A stretch of DNA of 56,985 nt from Candidatus Sumerlaeia bacterium (GTDB taxonomy: Bacteria > Sumerlaeota > Sumerlaeia > SLMS01 > JANRJK01). A program made the translations under genes and the position numbers. Below are positions 39,915 to 50,775 of the stretch, piece by piece. Every line of letters starts with the position of its first letter. The first letter of the stretch is position 1. The DNA lies in contig JANRJK010000012.1 in NCBI GenBank assembly GCA_033764015.1, positions 1-56,985 on the forward strand, read 5' to 3'. The notes beneath the pieces are model-generated. The model ran no database searches. It was not told where the DNA came from and was given only the letters and a program-made list of their open reading frames with translations.

Positions 39915-41224
39915 GGCGCCCTCCGCTCCGCGCGCAGGAACGCGAGCAGCTCCACCAGCGCCTCGGGCATCACCCAGGGCGCCTCCGGCGCTCCCTCGCC
40001 CGCGTACACGAATCGCCCGTCCGCCTCGGGGAACCACGCCGCCTTCGCGTTCGGGTTCGCCGCCAGCGCCTCGCGCCACCCGGCCACCGCCGCGCGCGAC
40101 AGCTCCGCATCCTTGCCGCCGAACGCGGCGAAAAGCCGCCCCGAGAAGAGCCGCGCGTCCTCCAGCGGGCGCAGCGCGCCGACGGACTCCCAGTAGTTGC
40201 GCCCGAAGCCCTCGAAGGTCTCGACCGCGCCCATGGAGCCTTGGCGCCACCGCCCCGCGACCTCGCGCGCGAGCCGCAGCCGCTCGCGCCCGGCCGCGTC
40301 CGCGGGCTTCGCCGCCTCGATGCGCTCCAGCAGCGTCGCCGGCGAGAACTCCACCGGCGGATTCAGCAGCGCCACCGCCGCGATGTCCGGATCCTCCGCG
40401 GCGAGCCGCAGCGCCGCCCAGGCGCCGAGACCGTGGCCGACCACCGCGATGCGCGCGGGATCGACGGACGGCTGCGCGCGCAGCAGCGCCAGCGCCTCCC
40501 GCGCGTCCGCCAGGTACTCGTCCTCGAAGGTCGCCAGCACCGGGTCCAGCGCGCGCGGATGGAGCGTCCGCTTGTCCGCGCGCAGGCTCGCCACGCCGTT
40601 GCACGCGAGCGCCTGCGCGATGTCCCGCAGGGGCTTCGCCATCCCGTCGGTCCCGTCCGCGTCGCGCGGGCCGTCGGCGGCGAGCAGCAGCGCCGCCGGC
40701 GCGCGGGCGCCCGGCGCGGCGCGCGCCGGCTCCGCGAACACCGCCGCCAGCTCCGCGCTCCCCGCCGCCAGCGCCAGTTCCGTCTCGCGGTACAGGAGCG
40801 GATCCACGTACGGCGCGCGCCCCGGCTCCGGCGGCGCCGGCGTCGACTTCGGCGCGGGGACGTAGGGAACGACGTCGATCGACGCGAGGCTCCCCGCCTT
40901 GGCCGCGCAACCGGACCACGCCAGCTCGACCGCCAGCGTCGCCCCGGGGAACTCCACCGGCACCAGCACGACGCAATCGTCCCCGGCGCCGCCGCGCCAC
41001 TGGGGCCCGAGCACGCGCTTCGCCACCCCCTGCGCCGCCAGCGCCTGCGCCGCGAGCGCCGCGTCGCCCGACGCCTCCGGCGAAGGGAACGCGCCGGCGG
41101 GGGACTCCGCCCCGGAAAGCAGCGCGAGCGCGATGCGCGACGACTCGTGCCGCACGGCGGGGTCCTGCGCCGCGCCCGCCGCCGCGAGCGCGCACGCCAG
41201 CGCGAACGCCGCCGCGCGCCTCAC
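39911..41224 (-). CDS. Secreted alpha/beta-hydrolase fold protein, probably catalytically inactive
   Basis: Signal peptide, GP.D.DG...KP.RDIA..LA..G.ASLR.DKR and VDP.RI.V.GHGLG (Gly in place of the nucleophile Ser). Confidence 0.75.
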   Translation of the reverse strand: MRRAAAFALACALAAAGAAQDPAVRHESSRIALALLSGAESPAGAFPSPEASGDAALAAQALAAQGVAKRVLGPQWRGGAGDDCVVLVPVEFPGATLAVELAWSGCAAKAGSLASIDVVPYVPAPKSTPAPPEPGRAPYVDPLLYRETELALAAGSAELAAVFAEPARAAPGARAPAALLLAADGPRDADGTDGMAKPLRDIAQALACNGVASLRADKRTLHPRALDPVLATFEDEYLADAREALALLRAQPSVDPARIAVVGHGLGAWAALRLAAEDPDIAAVALLNPPVEFSPATLLERIEAAKPADAAGRERLRLAREVAGRWRQGSMGAVETFEGFGRNYWESVGALRPLEDARLFSGRLFAAFGGKDAELSRAAVAGWREALAANPNAKAAWFPEADGRFVYAGEGAPEAPWVMPEALVELLAFLRAERRAP

Positions 41225-41880
41225 CGCGCGCCCCAGCCGCCGCCGGAAAGCAGCGCGCGCATCCGGTCGTCCGACGCGCCCGCGGTCCCGCCCTGCGTCT
41301 CGAGGAACCGGAACACGTACTTCCCGATCAGGTCGGTCTCGATGTTCACCGCCTCCCCGGGGCGGCGAAGCGACAGCGTCGTGCGCTTCCACGTCTCGGG
41401 GATGATCCAGAAGCTCGCCCGGTCCGCGCGCAGCTCCGCGATCGTGAGCGACACGCCGTCGACCGCGAGCGATCCCTTCGCGATGCACTGGCGGGCGAGC
41501 TCCGCCGGCAGTCCGACCCACAGCTCCCACGCCTCGTCGACCGGCTTCGCGGAAAGGAACGACCCCGCGCCGTCGATGTGCCCGGAGACCAGGTGCCCGC
41601 CGAGCCGCGCGCCCAGCGGCAGCGCCCGCTCCAGGTTCACCGCGTCCCCGGGGCGCCGCGCGCCGAGCGTCGTCTTGCGCAATGTCTCGTCGGAGGCGAA
41701 CGCGGCGAATCCGCCCGGCAGGATGGACTCGACCGTGAGGCACGCGCCGTCCACGGCGATGCTCTCGCCGAGCGCCAGCGGCTCCCCCGCGAAGCGCGCG
41801 GAGACGGAGGCGCGCGCGCCGCGCCCGCTGTTCGACAGCGAGTCGATGGTTCCGAGCGTTTCGATCAGTCCGGTGAACAC
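41221..41880 (-). CDS. ribE: Riboflavin synthase
   Basis: MFTGLIE, SIAVDGACLTV, VNLERAL, GGHLVSGH.D, KGS.AVDGVSLT and VNIETD..GKYV. Confidence 0.97.
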   Translation of the reverse strand: MFTGLIETLGTIDSLSNSGRGARASVSARFAGEPLALGESIAVDGACLTVESILPGGFAAFASDETLRKTTLGARRPGDAVNLERALPLGARLGGHLVSGHIDGAGSFLSAKPVDEAWELWVGLPAELARQCIAKGSLAVDGVSLTIAELRADRASFWIIPETWKRTTLSLRRPGEAVNIETDLIGKYVFRFLETQGGTAGASDDRMRALLSGGGWGAR

Positions 41881-41952
41881 GTCGTGTCGCGGCCCCTATC
41901 CGGTCAGCTTTCGATTCAAGCACTCCGCGCCCGGGAACGCCACCAGTTTGCG

Positions 41953-42489
41953 TCAGAGCCGCGACGCATGGCGCAGCTGCTCCCGCGCGATGGCGAGGTT
42001 CGCGCGCACCTGGTCCAGCGCCGCGGGATCGCCGAGCGCCTCGAACTCCGCCTCCGCGCGCTCGAGGGCGGACACCGCGCGGACCATGTTGTACTGCCGG
42101 TTCCCCTCCGGCAGGAGCACATAGGAGAACGCCAGGTCCTGCTCGGCGAGCCCGCGCTCGCGGTGCTCGCCGGGAGGCAGCAGCCCGAGCGCCCGGCGCA
42201 GCGCCTCCTCCGCGCGGGCCAGCGGCGCCGCCCGGTCCATATCCGGCGAAACGAGCAGCGCCTCGGCCAGCTCGCGGAGCGCGCGCGCTTCGCCGGAGGC
42301 GTCGCCCGCCACGCCGAGCAGCGCCGCCGCCGCCTCGAAGTGCGCCGCCGCGCGCTCGAGGTTCTCGCGCTGCGAGCCCTCCCGCCGCGAGCCCCAGGCG
42401 CGCCCCGCCGCCAGCCGCGGCTCCGCCCCAGCGCCCGCCTCCGCGGCGGCCAACTCCAACTCCCTCAACTCCGGTGGAAATGCGTCCAT
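41953..42489 (-). CDS. TPR-like helical hypothetical protein
   Basis: 178 aa from ATG 42489; G....NLERA...F.AA and GN...N..RA repeats. Confidence 0.65.
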   Translation of the reverse strand: MDAFPPELRELELAAAEAGAGAEPRLAAGRAWGSRREGSQRENLERAAAHFEAAAALLGVAGDASGEARALRELAEALLVSPDMDRAAPLARAEEALRRALGLLPPGEHRERGLAEQDLAFSYVLLPEGNRQYNMVRAVSALERAEAEFEALGDPAALDQVRANLAIAREQLRHASRL

Positions 42490-42589
42490 GCCCGTGCGCT
42501 CCGGGAGGGCCTCGCGCGACAGAGCCCTTGCTCCGAGGACTCGTCCGCCATTCGATATCCTGTACAACGCAAGGACGGTGACAAGGCAC

Positions 42590-43753
42590 ATGGGCGAATG
42601 GATTGGGCGCGGTCGCAAGGCGCGGCGCGCATACGGCTTCGACGAAATCGCGATTGTTCCCGGCGGCATCACCATCGACCCCGACGACACGGATCCGTCC
42701 TGGGTCCTGGACGGCACCCGGATCCCGCTGCCCATCATGGCCGCGGCGATGGACGGCGTCGTGAGCCCGCGCTTCGCTTCCCAGTTCTGGAAGTTCGGCG
42801 GCCTCGGCATCCTCAACCTCGAGGGCGTCTGGTCCCGCTACGACGATCCGGAGCCGACGCTCACGGAGATTTCCAAGGCCACGCCCGAGAAGGCCACGGA
42901 GCTGGTCCAGAAGCTCTACGTCCCGCCCCTGCGCGAGGACCTGGTCGCGCGGCGCATCCAGGAGATCAAGGCGACCGGCGCCCCCGCCATCGTCTCGAGC
43001 ACGCCGCAGCGCGCCGCCCGCTACGGCGCCATCGCCAAGGAAGCCGGCGTCGACTACTTCGTCGTCCAGTCCACCGTCTCGACGGTCCGCCACGAATCCA
43101 CGCACTTCGCGCCGCTCGACCTCGGCGCCTTCGTCAAGGCGATGGCCCCCGTGCCCGTGCTCATCGGCAACTGCGTCACCTACGAGGCCACGCTCGAGCT
43201 GATGGAGACCGGCTGCGCCGCCGTCATCATCGGCATCGGACCCGGCGCCGCCTGCACCACGCGCGGCGTCCTCGGGGTCGGCGTGCCCCAGGTGACCGCC
43301 ACCGCCGACGCCGCGGCCGCGCGCAACTTCCACTACACCCGGACCGGCCGCTACGTGCCGATCGTCACCGACGGCGGCATGAGCCACGGCGGCGACATCT
43401 GCAAGGCCTTCGCCTGCGGCGCCGACGCCGTCATCATCGGCTCCGCCTTCGCGCGCTCCATCGAGGCCCCCGGCCACGGCTTCCACTGGGGCATGGCCAC
43501 GCCCCACTCGAACCTCCCCCGCGGCACCCGGGTGCACGTCGGCACCACCGGCACCCTCGAGGAGATCATCGTCGGCCCCGCCCGCGTGGACGACGGCAGC
43601 CAGAACCTCCTCGGCGCCCTGCGCACCTGCATGGGTTACCTCGGCGCCCGGCAGCTCCGCGACATGCACCTGGCCGAACTGGTGATCGCCCCCGCCATCA
43701 AGAGCGAAGGGAAGATCTTCCAGCGCGCCCAGAACATCGGCATGGGCAAGTAG
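42590..43753 (+). CDS. guaB3: GuaB3 family IMP dehydrogenase-related protein
   Basis: [43 protein letters not shown] and HWGMATP...LPRGTR. Confidence 0.93.
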   Translation: MGEWIGRGRKARRAYGFDEIAIVPGGITIDPDDTDPSWVLDGTRIPLPIMAAAMDGVVSPRFASQFWKFGGLGILNLEGVWSRYDDPEPTLTEISKATPEKATELVQKLYVPPLREDLVARRIQEIKATGAPAIVSSTPQRAARYGAIAKEAGVDYFVVQSTVSTVRHESTHFAPLDLGAFVKAMAPVPVLIGNCVTYEATLELMETGCAAVIIGIGPGAACTTRGVLGVGVPQVTATADAAAARNFHYTRTGRYVPIVTDGGMSHGGDICKAFACGADAVIIGSAFARSIEAPGHGFHWGMATPHSNLPRGTRVHVGTTGTLEEIIVGPARVDDGSQNLLGALRTCMGYLGARQLRDMHLAELVIAPAIKSEGKIFQRAQNIGMGK

Positions 43754-43760
43754 CCGCCCC

Positions 43761-44651
43761 GTGGGCATCGAGCGCACCCTCGTCCAGAGCGCCCTCCCGG
43801 GCCGCGCCGCCGCCCGCGGCGGCAAGGTCCGGGAACTCTACGACTTCGGCGACGCCTGGCTCATGATCGCCAGCGACCGCCTCAGCGCCTTCGACGTCGT
43901 CTTCCCCACCCCGGTCCCGGGGAAGGGCCGCGTGCTCACCGCGCTGACGGTCTATTGGATGCAGGTGCTCCGCGACGTCGTCGGCAACCACCTCCTCGGC
44001 GCGCCGGACGCCAACTTCCTCGAAGCCATCGGCGCCGACCCGGCCCTCTACTCGGGCCGCTCGCTCCTCGTGAAGAAGGCCGATCCCTTCCCCGTCGAAT
44101 GCGTCGTCCGCGGCTACCTCGAGGGCAGCGCCTGGGCCGAATACTCCGCCGCCGGGACCGTCGGCGGCCACCCGATGCCCGCCGGGCTCCGCCTCCACGA
44201 CGAATTGCCGGAGCCGCTCTTCACCCCCGCCACCAAGGCGGAAAGCGGCCACGACGAGAACATCCCCTACGAGCGCATGGAGTCCATCATCGGCGCCGAA
44301 GCGGCCGACTTCCTCCGCCGGAAGAGCCTCGAACTCTACCGGGGCGCCCGGGCGCACCTCGCGGAAAGCGGCATCACGCTCGCCGACACCAAGTTCGAGT
44401 TCGGCCGCCGGGAAGGCTCCATCATCCTGATCGACGAGGCGCTCACGCCCGACTCGTCGCGCTTCCTGGTTCCCGGCCCCGACGGCGCGCCGGTCTCCAT
44501 GGACAAGCAGTTCGTCCGCGACTGGTGCCTCGCCAGCGGCTGGAACCGCCAGCCCCCCGCCCCCGCGCTTCCGGACGACGTGGTGCGCCAGACCTCGCAA
44601 CGCTACCTCGACATCGCCCGCCGCATCCTAGGCAAGGAACTCGACCCATGA
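43761..44651 (+). CDS. purC: SAICAR synthase
   Basis: GKVRELY, SDRLSAFD, ECVVRGY..GS, FTPATKA..GHDENI, ADTKFEFG, DE.LTPDSSRF and DKQFVRDW. Confidence 0.97.
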   Translation: MGIERTLVQSALPGRAAARGGKVRELYDFGDAWLMIASDRLSAFDVVFPTPVPGKGRVLTALTVYWMQVLRDVVGNHLLGAPDANFLEAIGADPALYSGRSLLVKKADPFPVECVVRGYLEGSAWAEYSAAGTVGGHPMPAGLRLHDELPEPLFTPATKAESGHDENIPYERMESIIGAEAADFLRRKSLELYRGARAHLAESGITLADTKFEFGRREGSIILIDEALTPDSSRFLVPGPDGAPVSMDKQFVRDWCLASGWNRQPPAPALPDDVVRQTSQRYLDIARRILGKELDP

Positions 44652-44929
44652 GCCCCCGCTTCGACGCACGAGTCTACATCACCATCAAGCGCGAGGTCGC
44701 CGACCCGCAGGGGCAGGCGGTCGTCGAAGCCGTCAACCATTGGCTCGAATCGCAGTCCGCGGCGGGGAGCCTCGCCAAGGCCCGCGTCGGGAAGGTGGTC
44801 GAACTCTCCGTCGTCGCGCCCGACGCCGCCGCCGCGGAGGCGCTGCTGACCAAGGTGGCGGACCGAGTGCTCGCAAACCCGAACACGGAAGAGTACGAGA
44901 TTCGCGTGGACGGCGCGGCCCGGGGCTAG
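44648..44929 (+). CDS. purS: FGAM synthase subunit PurS
   Basis: V.I..K..V.DPQG.AV, R.GK..EL and LANP..E.Y; ATGA overlap with purC. Confidence 0.9.
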   Translation: MSPRFDARVYITIKREVADPQGQAVVEAVNHWLESQSAAGSLAKARVGKVVELSVVAPDAAAAEALLTKVADRVLANPNTEEYEIRVDGAARG

Positions 44930-45104
44930 CGCCCGCCGATACCCTATAGCCACCACCCGGTAGGTGTTTTGTCCGTACAATCCCTGAATGGAAACGCATC
45001 CGGGCCGATTTTCCGGCTTGCGCCGGTCGGGTCTATTCGGCCCGGTAAAGTGTTTAATACCCTGTAGCACCAACCTCCCCTCCATCGGTAAAGGGCTTAC
45101 GTAA

Positions 45105-45806
45105 ATGAAGAAGAACTTTGGCTTCACGCTGATCGAGCTGCTGATCGTGGTGGCCATCATCGCGATCCTGGCGGCGATCGCCGTGCCCAACTTCCTCGAA
45201 GCGCAAGTGCGCTCGAAGGTCTCCCGCGCCAAGGCCGACATGCGAACCATCGCCACCGGCCTCGAGGCGTACCGCGTCGACAACAACCGCTACCCCGACG
45301 TGCCGTCCTCCGCCCTGCCGCTGCCGCCGATCAAGCTCGGCATCAACTACTCGCGCCGCACCCTCACCCTCCTTTCCACCCCGATCTCGTACCTTACCGG
45401 CGGCCTCCTGACCGACCCGTTCGCGGTCGGCTCGACGGCGACCAACTTCTACGGCTACGCCAGCGCGGAGGCCTCCTCGAGCGACACCGCCTTGGGCGCC
45501 CCCTCCATCGTCGCCGCCACGACCCCCACCGGCCTGCCCGCAGCCACGGTGCTCGCCAACGTGCCCCTCTTCCTCACCCATTCCTGGGTGCTCCAGAGCG
45601 TCGGCCCCGACAAGATCAACTTCGCCCTCGCGTCAGCGGTGGATCCCGCCCTCGGCGCCTCGCAGAACTTCGGCCTCGCCTACAACGCGCTCACCAGCGA
45701 CGCCGACCTGAACAGCTTCCCCGCCTCGTCGTTCTTCTACGATCCGACGAACGGCACCACTTCGACCGGCGACGTGGTCCGCACCGGGAAGATCAGCAAG
45801 CCCTGA
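45105..45806 (+). CDS. Prepilin-type N-terminal cleavage/methylation protein (GspG-like pseudopilin)
   Basis: G|FTLIELLIVVAIIAILAAIAVPNFLEAQ.RSK.SR..ADMR...LE.Y.VD...YP, L.TP..Y, DPF, S.GPD and YDPTNGT.S.GD. Confidence 0.92.
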   Translation: MKKNFGFTLIELLIVVAIIAILAAIAVPNFLEAQVRSKVSRAKADMRTIATGLEAYRVDNNRYPDVPSSALPLPPIKLGINYSRRTLTLLSTPISYLTGGLLTDPFAVGSTATNFYGYASAEASSSDTALGAPSIVAATTPTGLPAATVLANVPLFLTHSWVLQSVGPDKINFALASAVDPALGASQNFGLAYNALTSDADLNSFPASSFFYDPTNGTTSTGDVVRTGKISKP

Positions 45807-45832
45807 CCGCAGACTCGATCCCAGGAAACCGG

Positions 45833-45870
45833 ACGGCCCGGGAGCGCGAGCTCCCGGGCCGTTGTTGTCT
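45833..45870 (+). terminator. Intrinsic terminator between the convergent pilin-like and oppF genes
   Basis: 13-bp stem ACGGCCCGGGAGC-GCGA-GCTCCCGGGCCGT followed by TGTTGTCT. Confidence 0.75.
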
Positions 45871-45894
45871 TCCATCGGGATTCCTAGGAAGGAC

Positions 45895-46962
<1,068 letters not shown>

Positions 46963-47077
46963 CGGCTCGGGGGCTTTTCGCGTGGAGAATGCAAGGGGGC
47001 GTCGGTAGGAAGGGAAAGTCGAGGGAATCCCGACCAAGGTGTCAAAACGAAACCGGCCAAGGGCCGCCTGCGCCGGG

Positions 47078-48301
47078 CTAGCCGATTCCGCCCCGCCGGC
47101 GCAGGAACCGTCGGACTGCGGGGTCCGTGGCGAGTCCCGCCGCGCGCTCGTAGGCGCGCTCCGCCTCCTCCCGCCGCCCCGCCCGGGCCAGCAGATCCGC
47201 CCGCACCGCCCAGTACGGCTGGTAGTCCGCGAGCCCCGCCGGCCCCCCCGCCTCCAGCGCCGCCAGCCCCGCCCCGGGACCGAACGCCGCCCCGCGCGCC
47301 GCGGCGCGCGCCACCCATGCCCCGGCGGAAATCTCCGTCCGCAGAAGCGCGTCGTGCAGCGCGGCCACCATCGCCGAGTCCGCCGGCGGGCCGAACGCCC
47401 GCGCCATCAGCGCCGATTGGATCGCCGCCTCCGTCTGGTAGCGCCCCGGCCGCCCCAGCCTCGCCGCGTCCCGGAGCAGTCCCTCCGCCCGCTGGTGCGC
47501 CCCGCGGTCCCAGAGCGCCGCGTCCTGCTCCGAGACTGGCACGAACTCCCCGCCCTCGCTCCGCCGGGCGCGGCGGCGCGACTCGCAATACAGGATCAGC
47601 GCCAGGAGCCCCTTCGCCTCCGCCTCGCCGGGGAGGTGCTCCGCGGCGACCTCCGCCAGCGCGAGCGCCTCGCCCCCGAGGCCCCCGCCGCCGCCCGGCG
47701 CCGCGTCCTCCCAGGCGGCCCCGTAGGCGGCATAGACCGCGTCGAGCACGAACGGCAGCCGCTCGGCCAGCTCCGATCCGGAGGGCCGCTCGAACCGCAT
47801 CCCGCTGTCCCGGATCCGCGCCTTCGCGCGCACCAGCCGCTGCCCCATGGTCGAGGGAGGCACTAGGAACACGGACCCGATGGCGGCGGCGTCGAAGCCC
47901 AGCACCACCTGCAGCATGAGCGGCGCGCGCACCTCCTGCGAAAGCGCCGGATGCGCGCACAGGAACATCATCTCGAGGCGCTCGTCGGCGAACGGCGTGT
48001 CTCCCGGCATGGGCTGCTCCGTGGCGGCGAGCAACGCGGCGGCGGCTTCCGACAGGCGGCGCCGGGCGCCCTCGCGGCGCGCCCCGTCCAGCAGCCGCCG
48101 GCGCGCCGCCGTCAGCAGCCACGCCTCCGGATTGCGCGGCACCCCGTCGCGCGGCCACGCGCGCAGCGCGTCGGCGAAGGCGTCCGATAGCGCGTCCTCC
48201 GCCGTGTCGATGTCGCGCGCACGGAGCGCCAGTCGGGCCAGGAGGCGCCCGTACGCGTCGCGCGCGGACGCCTCCGCCGCCCGCAGCGCGTCCTCAGCCA
48301 C
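47078..48301 (-). CDS. ECF sigma factor with DUF6596/TPR C-terminal extension
   Basis: YGRL.A.L, AEDAL.DAF..AL..WP.DG.P.NP.AWL, DERL...F.CAHPA, QRLVRAK, QD..LW and G.YQ.EAAI. Confidence 0.9.
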   Translation of the reverse strand: MAEDALRAAEASARDAYGRLLARLALRARDIDTAEDALSDAFADALRAWPRDGVPRNPEAWLLTAARRRLLDGARREGARRRLSEAAAALLAATEQPMPGDTPFADERLEMMFLCAHPALSQEVRAPLMLQVVLGFDAAAIGSVFLVPPSTMGQRLVRAKARIRDSGMRFERPSGSELAERLPFVLDAVYAAYGAAWEDAAPGGGGGLGGEALALAEVAAEHLPGEAEAKGLLALILYCESRRRARRSEGGEFVPVSEQDAALWDRGAHQRAEGLLRDAARLGRPGRYQTEAAIQSALMARAFGPPADSAMVAALHDALLRTEISAGAWVARAAARGAAFGPGAGLAALEAGGPAGLADYQPYWAVRADLLARAGRREEAERAYERAAGLATDPAVRRFLRRRGGIG

Positions 48302-48656
48302 GCGGCGCCATCTCGAGGTTCGGCACCACCTCGACGCAGCCGTACTCCGCCGCGGGGCACCGCTCCGCCCAGCGCAGCGCCGTCTCCAGGTCGGGCATTT
48401 CGGTGGTGAAGTAGCCGCCCAGCTCCTCCTTCGACGTCGCGTGCGGGCCGTCTTGCACCACGCGCTTGCCGTCGCGGACGCGCACCGTCGTGGCGGCGTG
48501 GGGAGGCTGCAGCGCGCCGCCTTGGATCTGGAACCCGGCCTCGCGCAGCGCGTCGAAGTACGCCGCGTAAGCGGCCCAGTAGGCGGGCGCGCGCTCCGGA
48601 TCGGTCCGCGACGCGAACCCCTCGGAAGTCTCTCGGATCAGGAAGGTCACCTTCAT
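48294..48656 (-). CDS. YciI/DGPF domain protein
   Basis: G.ALQP...ATTVRV.DG...V.DGP.A..KE.LGGY...D...A..WA..CP....G.VEV.P; usual partner of this ECF class. Confidence 0.9.
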   Translation of the reverse strand: MKVTFLIRETSEGFASRTDPERAPAYWAAYAAYFDALREAGFQIQGGALQPPHAATTVRVRDGKRVVQDGPHATSKEELGGYFTTEMPDLETALRWAERCPAAEYGCVEVVPNLEMAPRG

Positions 48657-48875
48657 GGAAGTCTGCCTCGTACCGTCGGGATGCGGAGTGGCGGATGCGC
48701 CCTCCTGCCATGATGACGGACCGTCCGCGCGGATTTCGACAGTTGGTTGAATTTTTCCGGCGCTACGTCGTAACGGTGGCGTGCCAGCAGGCGGTTGACA
48801 ACCCCCGCAAGGGTTCCGTCCGGCCGCGCCTCTGTGGCGCGTTCGAGCGGAACAAGAATCGAAGGAGGTCGCTCC

Positions 48876-50231
48876 ATGAAACTCCGTTGTTCGGCAATCG
48901 CCATGCTGGTTCTCTCTGCCACCGCATCGTTGGCAGGCGCGGCGGATCGGATCGTACTGCAGACCGCACCAGCGGATACGAAGCGCTTCGAGATTCCCTT
49001 GCGGCTCGAAGCCGCAGGACAAGGGAGGGCAGGATGGCCCGGCGATATCCCCTTGGTACCGGTCCGCAAGGACTCGGTCCCGGATCCGATCCAGGTGCTG
49101 TTGGCCGGTAAGCAGTGGGAGGTCTTCCTCGCGACGCAACCCGAGGGAACCAACCGCATCTTCTTGGCATCCAGGGAGGCCGTGGAGATTCCCATCGTGA
49201 ACCGGAAGAATTGGGGCGGGACGCGGCTCTTCGAGTCCAAGCTGCTGAGGTTGGGCCCGTCGGGGGACGTGATGGTGCTGATGGATGGATACCACGACAC
49301 CAACGGGATCGAGGTCGAGGATGCGGTGGAAACGCCGCTGGGCACCGTCAGGGTCCGTCTCGAATTCCACTTCATCAGCGGTGTTGAAGACATCGACTAC
49401 ACCGTTTCCATGGGGACCGCATCGGGGAGCGCACTGCTCGAAGAGGGGCGGCTCAGGCTGTCGATCCCGGTCGGGGGCACAACTGCGCCGCTGCCCGGCA
49501 CGCCGGTGACGCTGTCGTTCGAGCCATTCATGCCCGGGCTGCCGCCGCGTAGCGCGCAGGCCGCCATCACCGAGACCCTCAGCTTGGGGAATGCGCGCTT
49601 CGCGGTAGAGTCCATCGCGGCCGACTATTCATCCGCGAGTATTGCCCAACTGTCAGGGAGCCTCGCCGAAATGGTGGATTCCGAGCTGCAGCGCGGGGAG
49701 TCGATTCCAGCTTTCGCCACCGTGGACCTTGTGACGCGGAACACCCAGACGAGGGAGTCGATTCTGGCGCAGGTGCCCGGCGGATCCCACTGCGTATTCG
49801 TCTTCGGCAATCTTCCGTCTCCCGACCCGCCGGGGTGGAGCGGCCGCCAACCGCCCGGCACGCTCGAACTCCCGGTCCAAGAAGTCGAACGGCAGCTCGA
49901 GATCTTCCTTCCGGGAGCCAAACTGGCCATTGTCACCGGAGTACTCCCACTCGAATTCCTTTACGCGGACTTGCGCGGGGTCGAACCCGCATTCGCGATA
50001 CTGTCCGATCCCGTGGATCCACTACAGGTCGAGTTCCTTCCGAGGAGCCCGGTTTCCTACACAACGCCGCAGGAAACCTCCGGAACGCTTCGCCAGCTCT
50101 TCGGCCTGCCCGAGCGCGAGGTTGCCGTGGTCGTGTTCGACAGTGCGGGGAAGGTTGTCTTCGTGGATGCGACCGCAAGGCCCGAACTTGTGCCCACCTT
50201 CGCCGCCATGTCGGAAGAACTCCGCAAGTAG
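48876..50231 (+). CDS. Hypothetical secreted protein with C-terminal thioredoxin-like fold
   Basis: AAGGAGG RBS and signal peptide; C-terminus G..IP.F..VD...ILSDP...LFG....VV.D..GKVVF; atypical lower-GC codon usage. Confidence 0.7.
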   Translation: MKLRCSAIAMLVLSATASLAGAADRIVLQTAPADTKRFEIPLRLEAAGQGRAGWPGDIPLVPVRKDSVPDPIQVLLAGKQWEVFLATQPEGTNRIFLASREAVEIPIVNRKNWGGTRLFESKLLRLGPSGDVMVLMDGYHDTNGIEVEDAVETPLGTVRVRLEFHFISGVEDIDYTVSMGTASGSALLEEGRLRLSIPVGGTTAPLPGTPVTLSFEPFMPGLPPRSAQAAITETLSLGNARFAVESIAADYSSASIAQLSGSLAEMVDSELQRGESIPAFATVDLVTRNTQTRESILAQVPGGSHCVFVFGNLPSPDPPGWSGRQPPGTLELPVQEVERQLEIFLPGAKLAIVTGVLPLEFLYADLRGVEPAFAILSDPVDPLQVEFLPRSPVSYTTPQETSGTLRQLFGLPEREVAVVVFDSAGKVVFVDATARPELVPTFAAMSEELRK

Positions 50232-50238
50232 CGCCGGA

Positions 50239-50775
50239 TCACCCGCGCGCCGGCACCGACACCGGCGCGCGGTCCATCCACCAGGGGCGCTCGTCCGCGC
50301 GGTCGTACTCGCGCCACAGCCGCCACGCCCCGTGCACGATCATCAGCAGCAGCACCGCGCCCATCGCGAGCCCCGCCGCCCGGTCGCTGAACGGCGGGCG
50401 CTCGATGATGCGCCGCTTCCAACCGCGCGGAATGAACAACCCCGCCGCAAGCGCGGTGAACAGCGCCGCGAACACATACCCGAACGGGTTGAACGCCCAC
50501 GCCAGCGCGAAGTCCCCGTGGAAGATCCCCGACACCGACCGCGTCAGCCCGCAACCCGGGCAGGGCAGACGCGTCGAGGTGTAGAAGGTGCACGCGCCGA
50601 ACGGTAGGTCCACATGCGGTAGGACGTAAGCCGCCACGATTCCACCAAGACCCATCAGTCCAAGCGGCAGCGACAGCAGCGCGCGCGCCGCGCCGTTCTC
50701 CTCGATCACCCGCGGCGGCAGGGGAGGGAGCGGTCGCCGCACGGGGGGCGCTAGGCGGTGGGTCGCGTCATCCAT
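50239..50775 (-). CDS. DUF2752 domain membrane protein
   Basis: C.F...T.LPCPGCGLTRS.....HGD...A...NP motif; start uncertain. Confidence 0.88.
   Translation of the reverse strand: MDDATHRLAPPVRRPLPPLPPRVIEENGAARALLSLPLGLMGLGGIVAAYVLPHVDLPFGACTFYTSTRLPCPGCGLTRSVSGIFHGDFALAWAFNPFGYVFAALFTALAAGLFIPRGWKRRIIERPPFSDRAAGLAMGAVLLLMIVHGAWRLWREYDRADERPWWMDRAPVSVPARG

Noticed and set aside
44930..45104. c-di-GMP or purine riboswitch upstream of the pilin-like gene
   Set aside because: A hairpin is present, but the conserved riboswitch sequence motifs are not recognisable.
47078..48656. ECF sigma plus YciI pair as a novel system
   Set aside because: Well-known, widespread gene pair.
48795..48800. TTGACA as a sixth motif copy (also the TGTCAAC half-site near 821)
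   Set aside because: Each has only one half-site. The 48795 hexamer is more plausibly a -35 element, but no convincing -10 was found.
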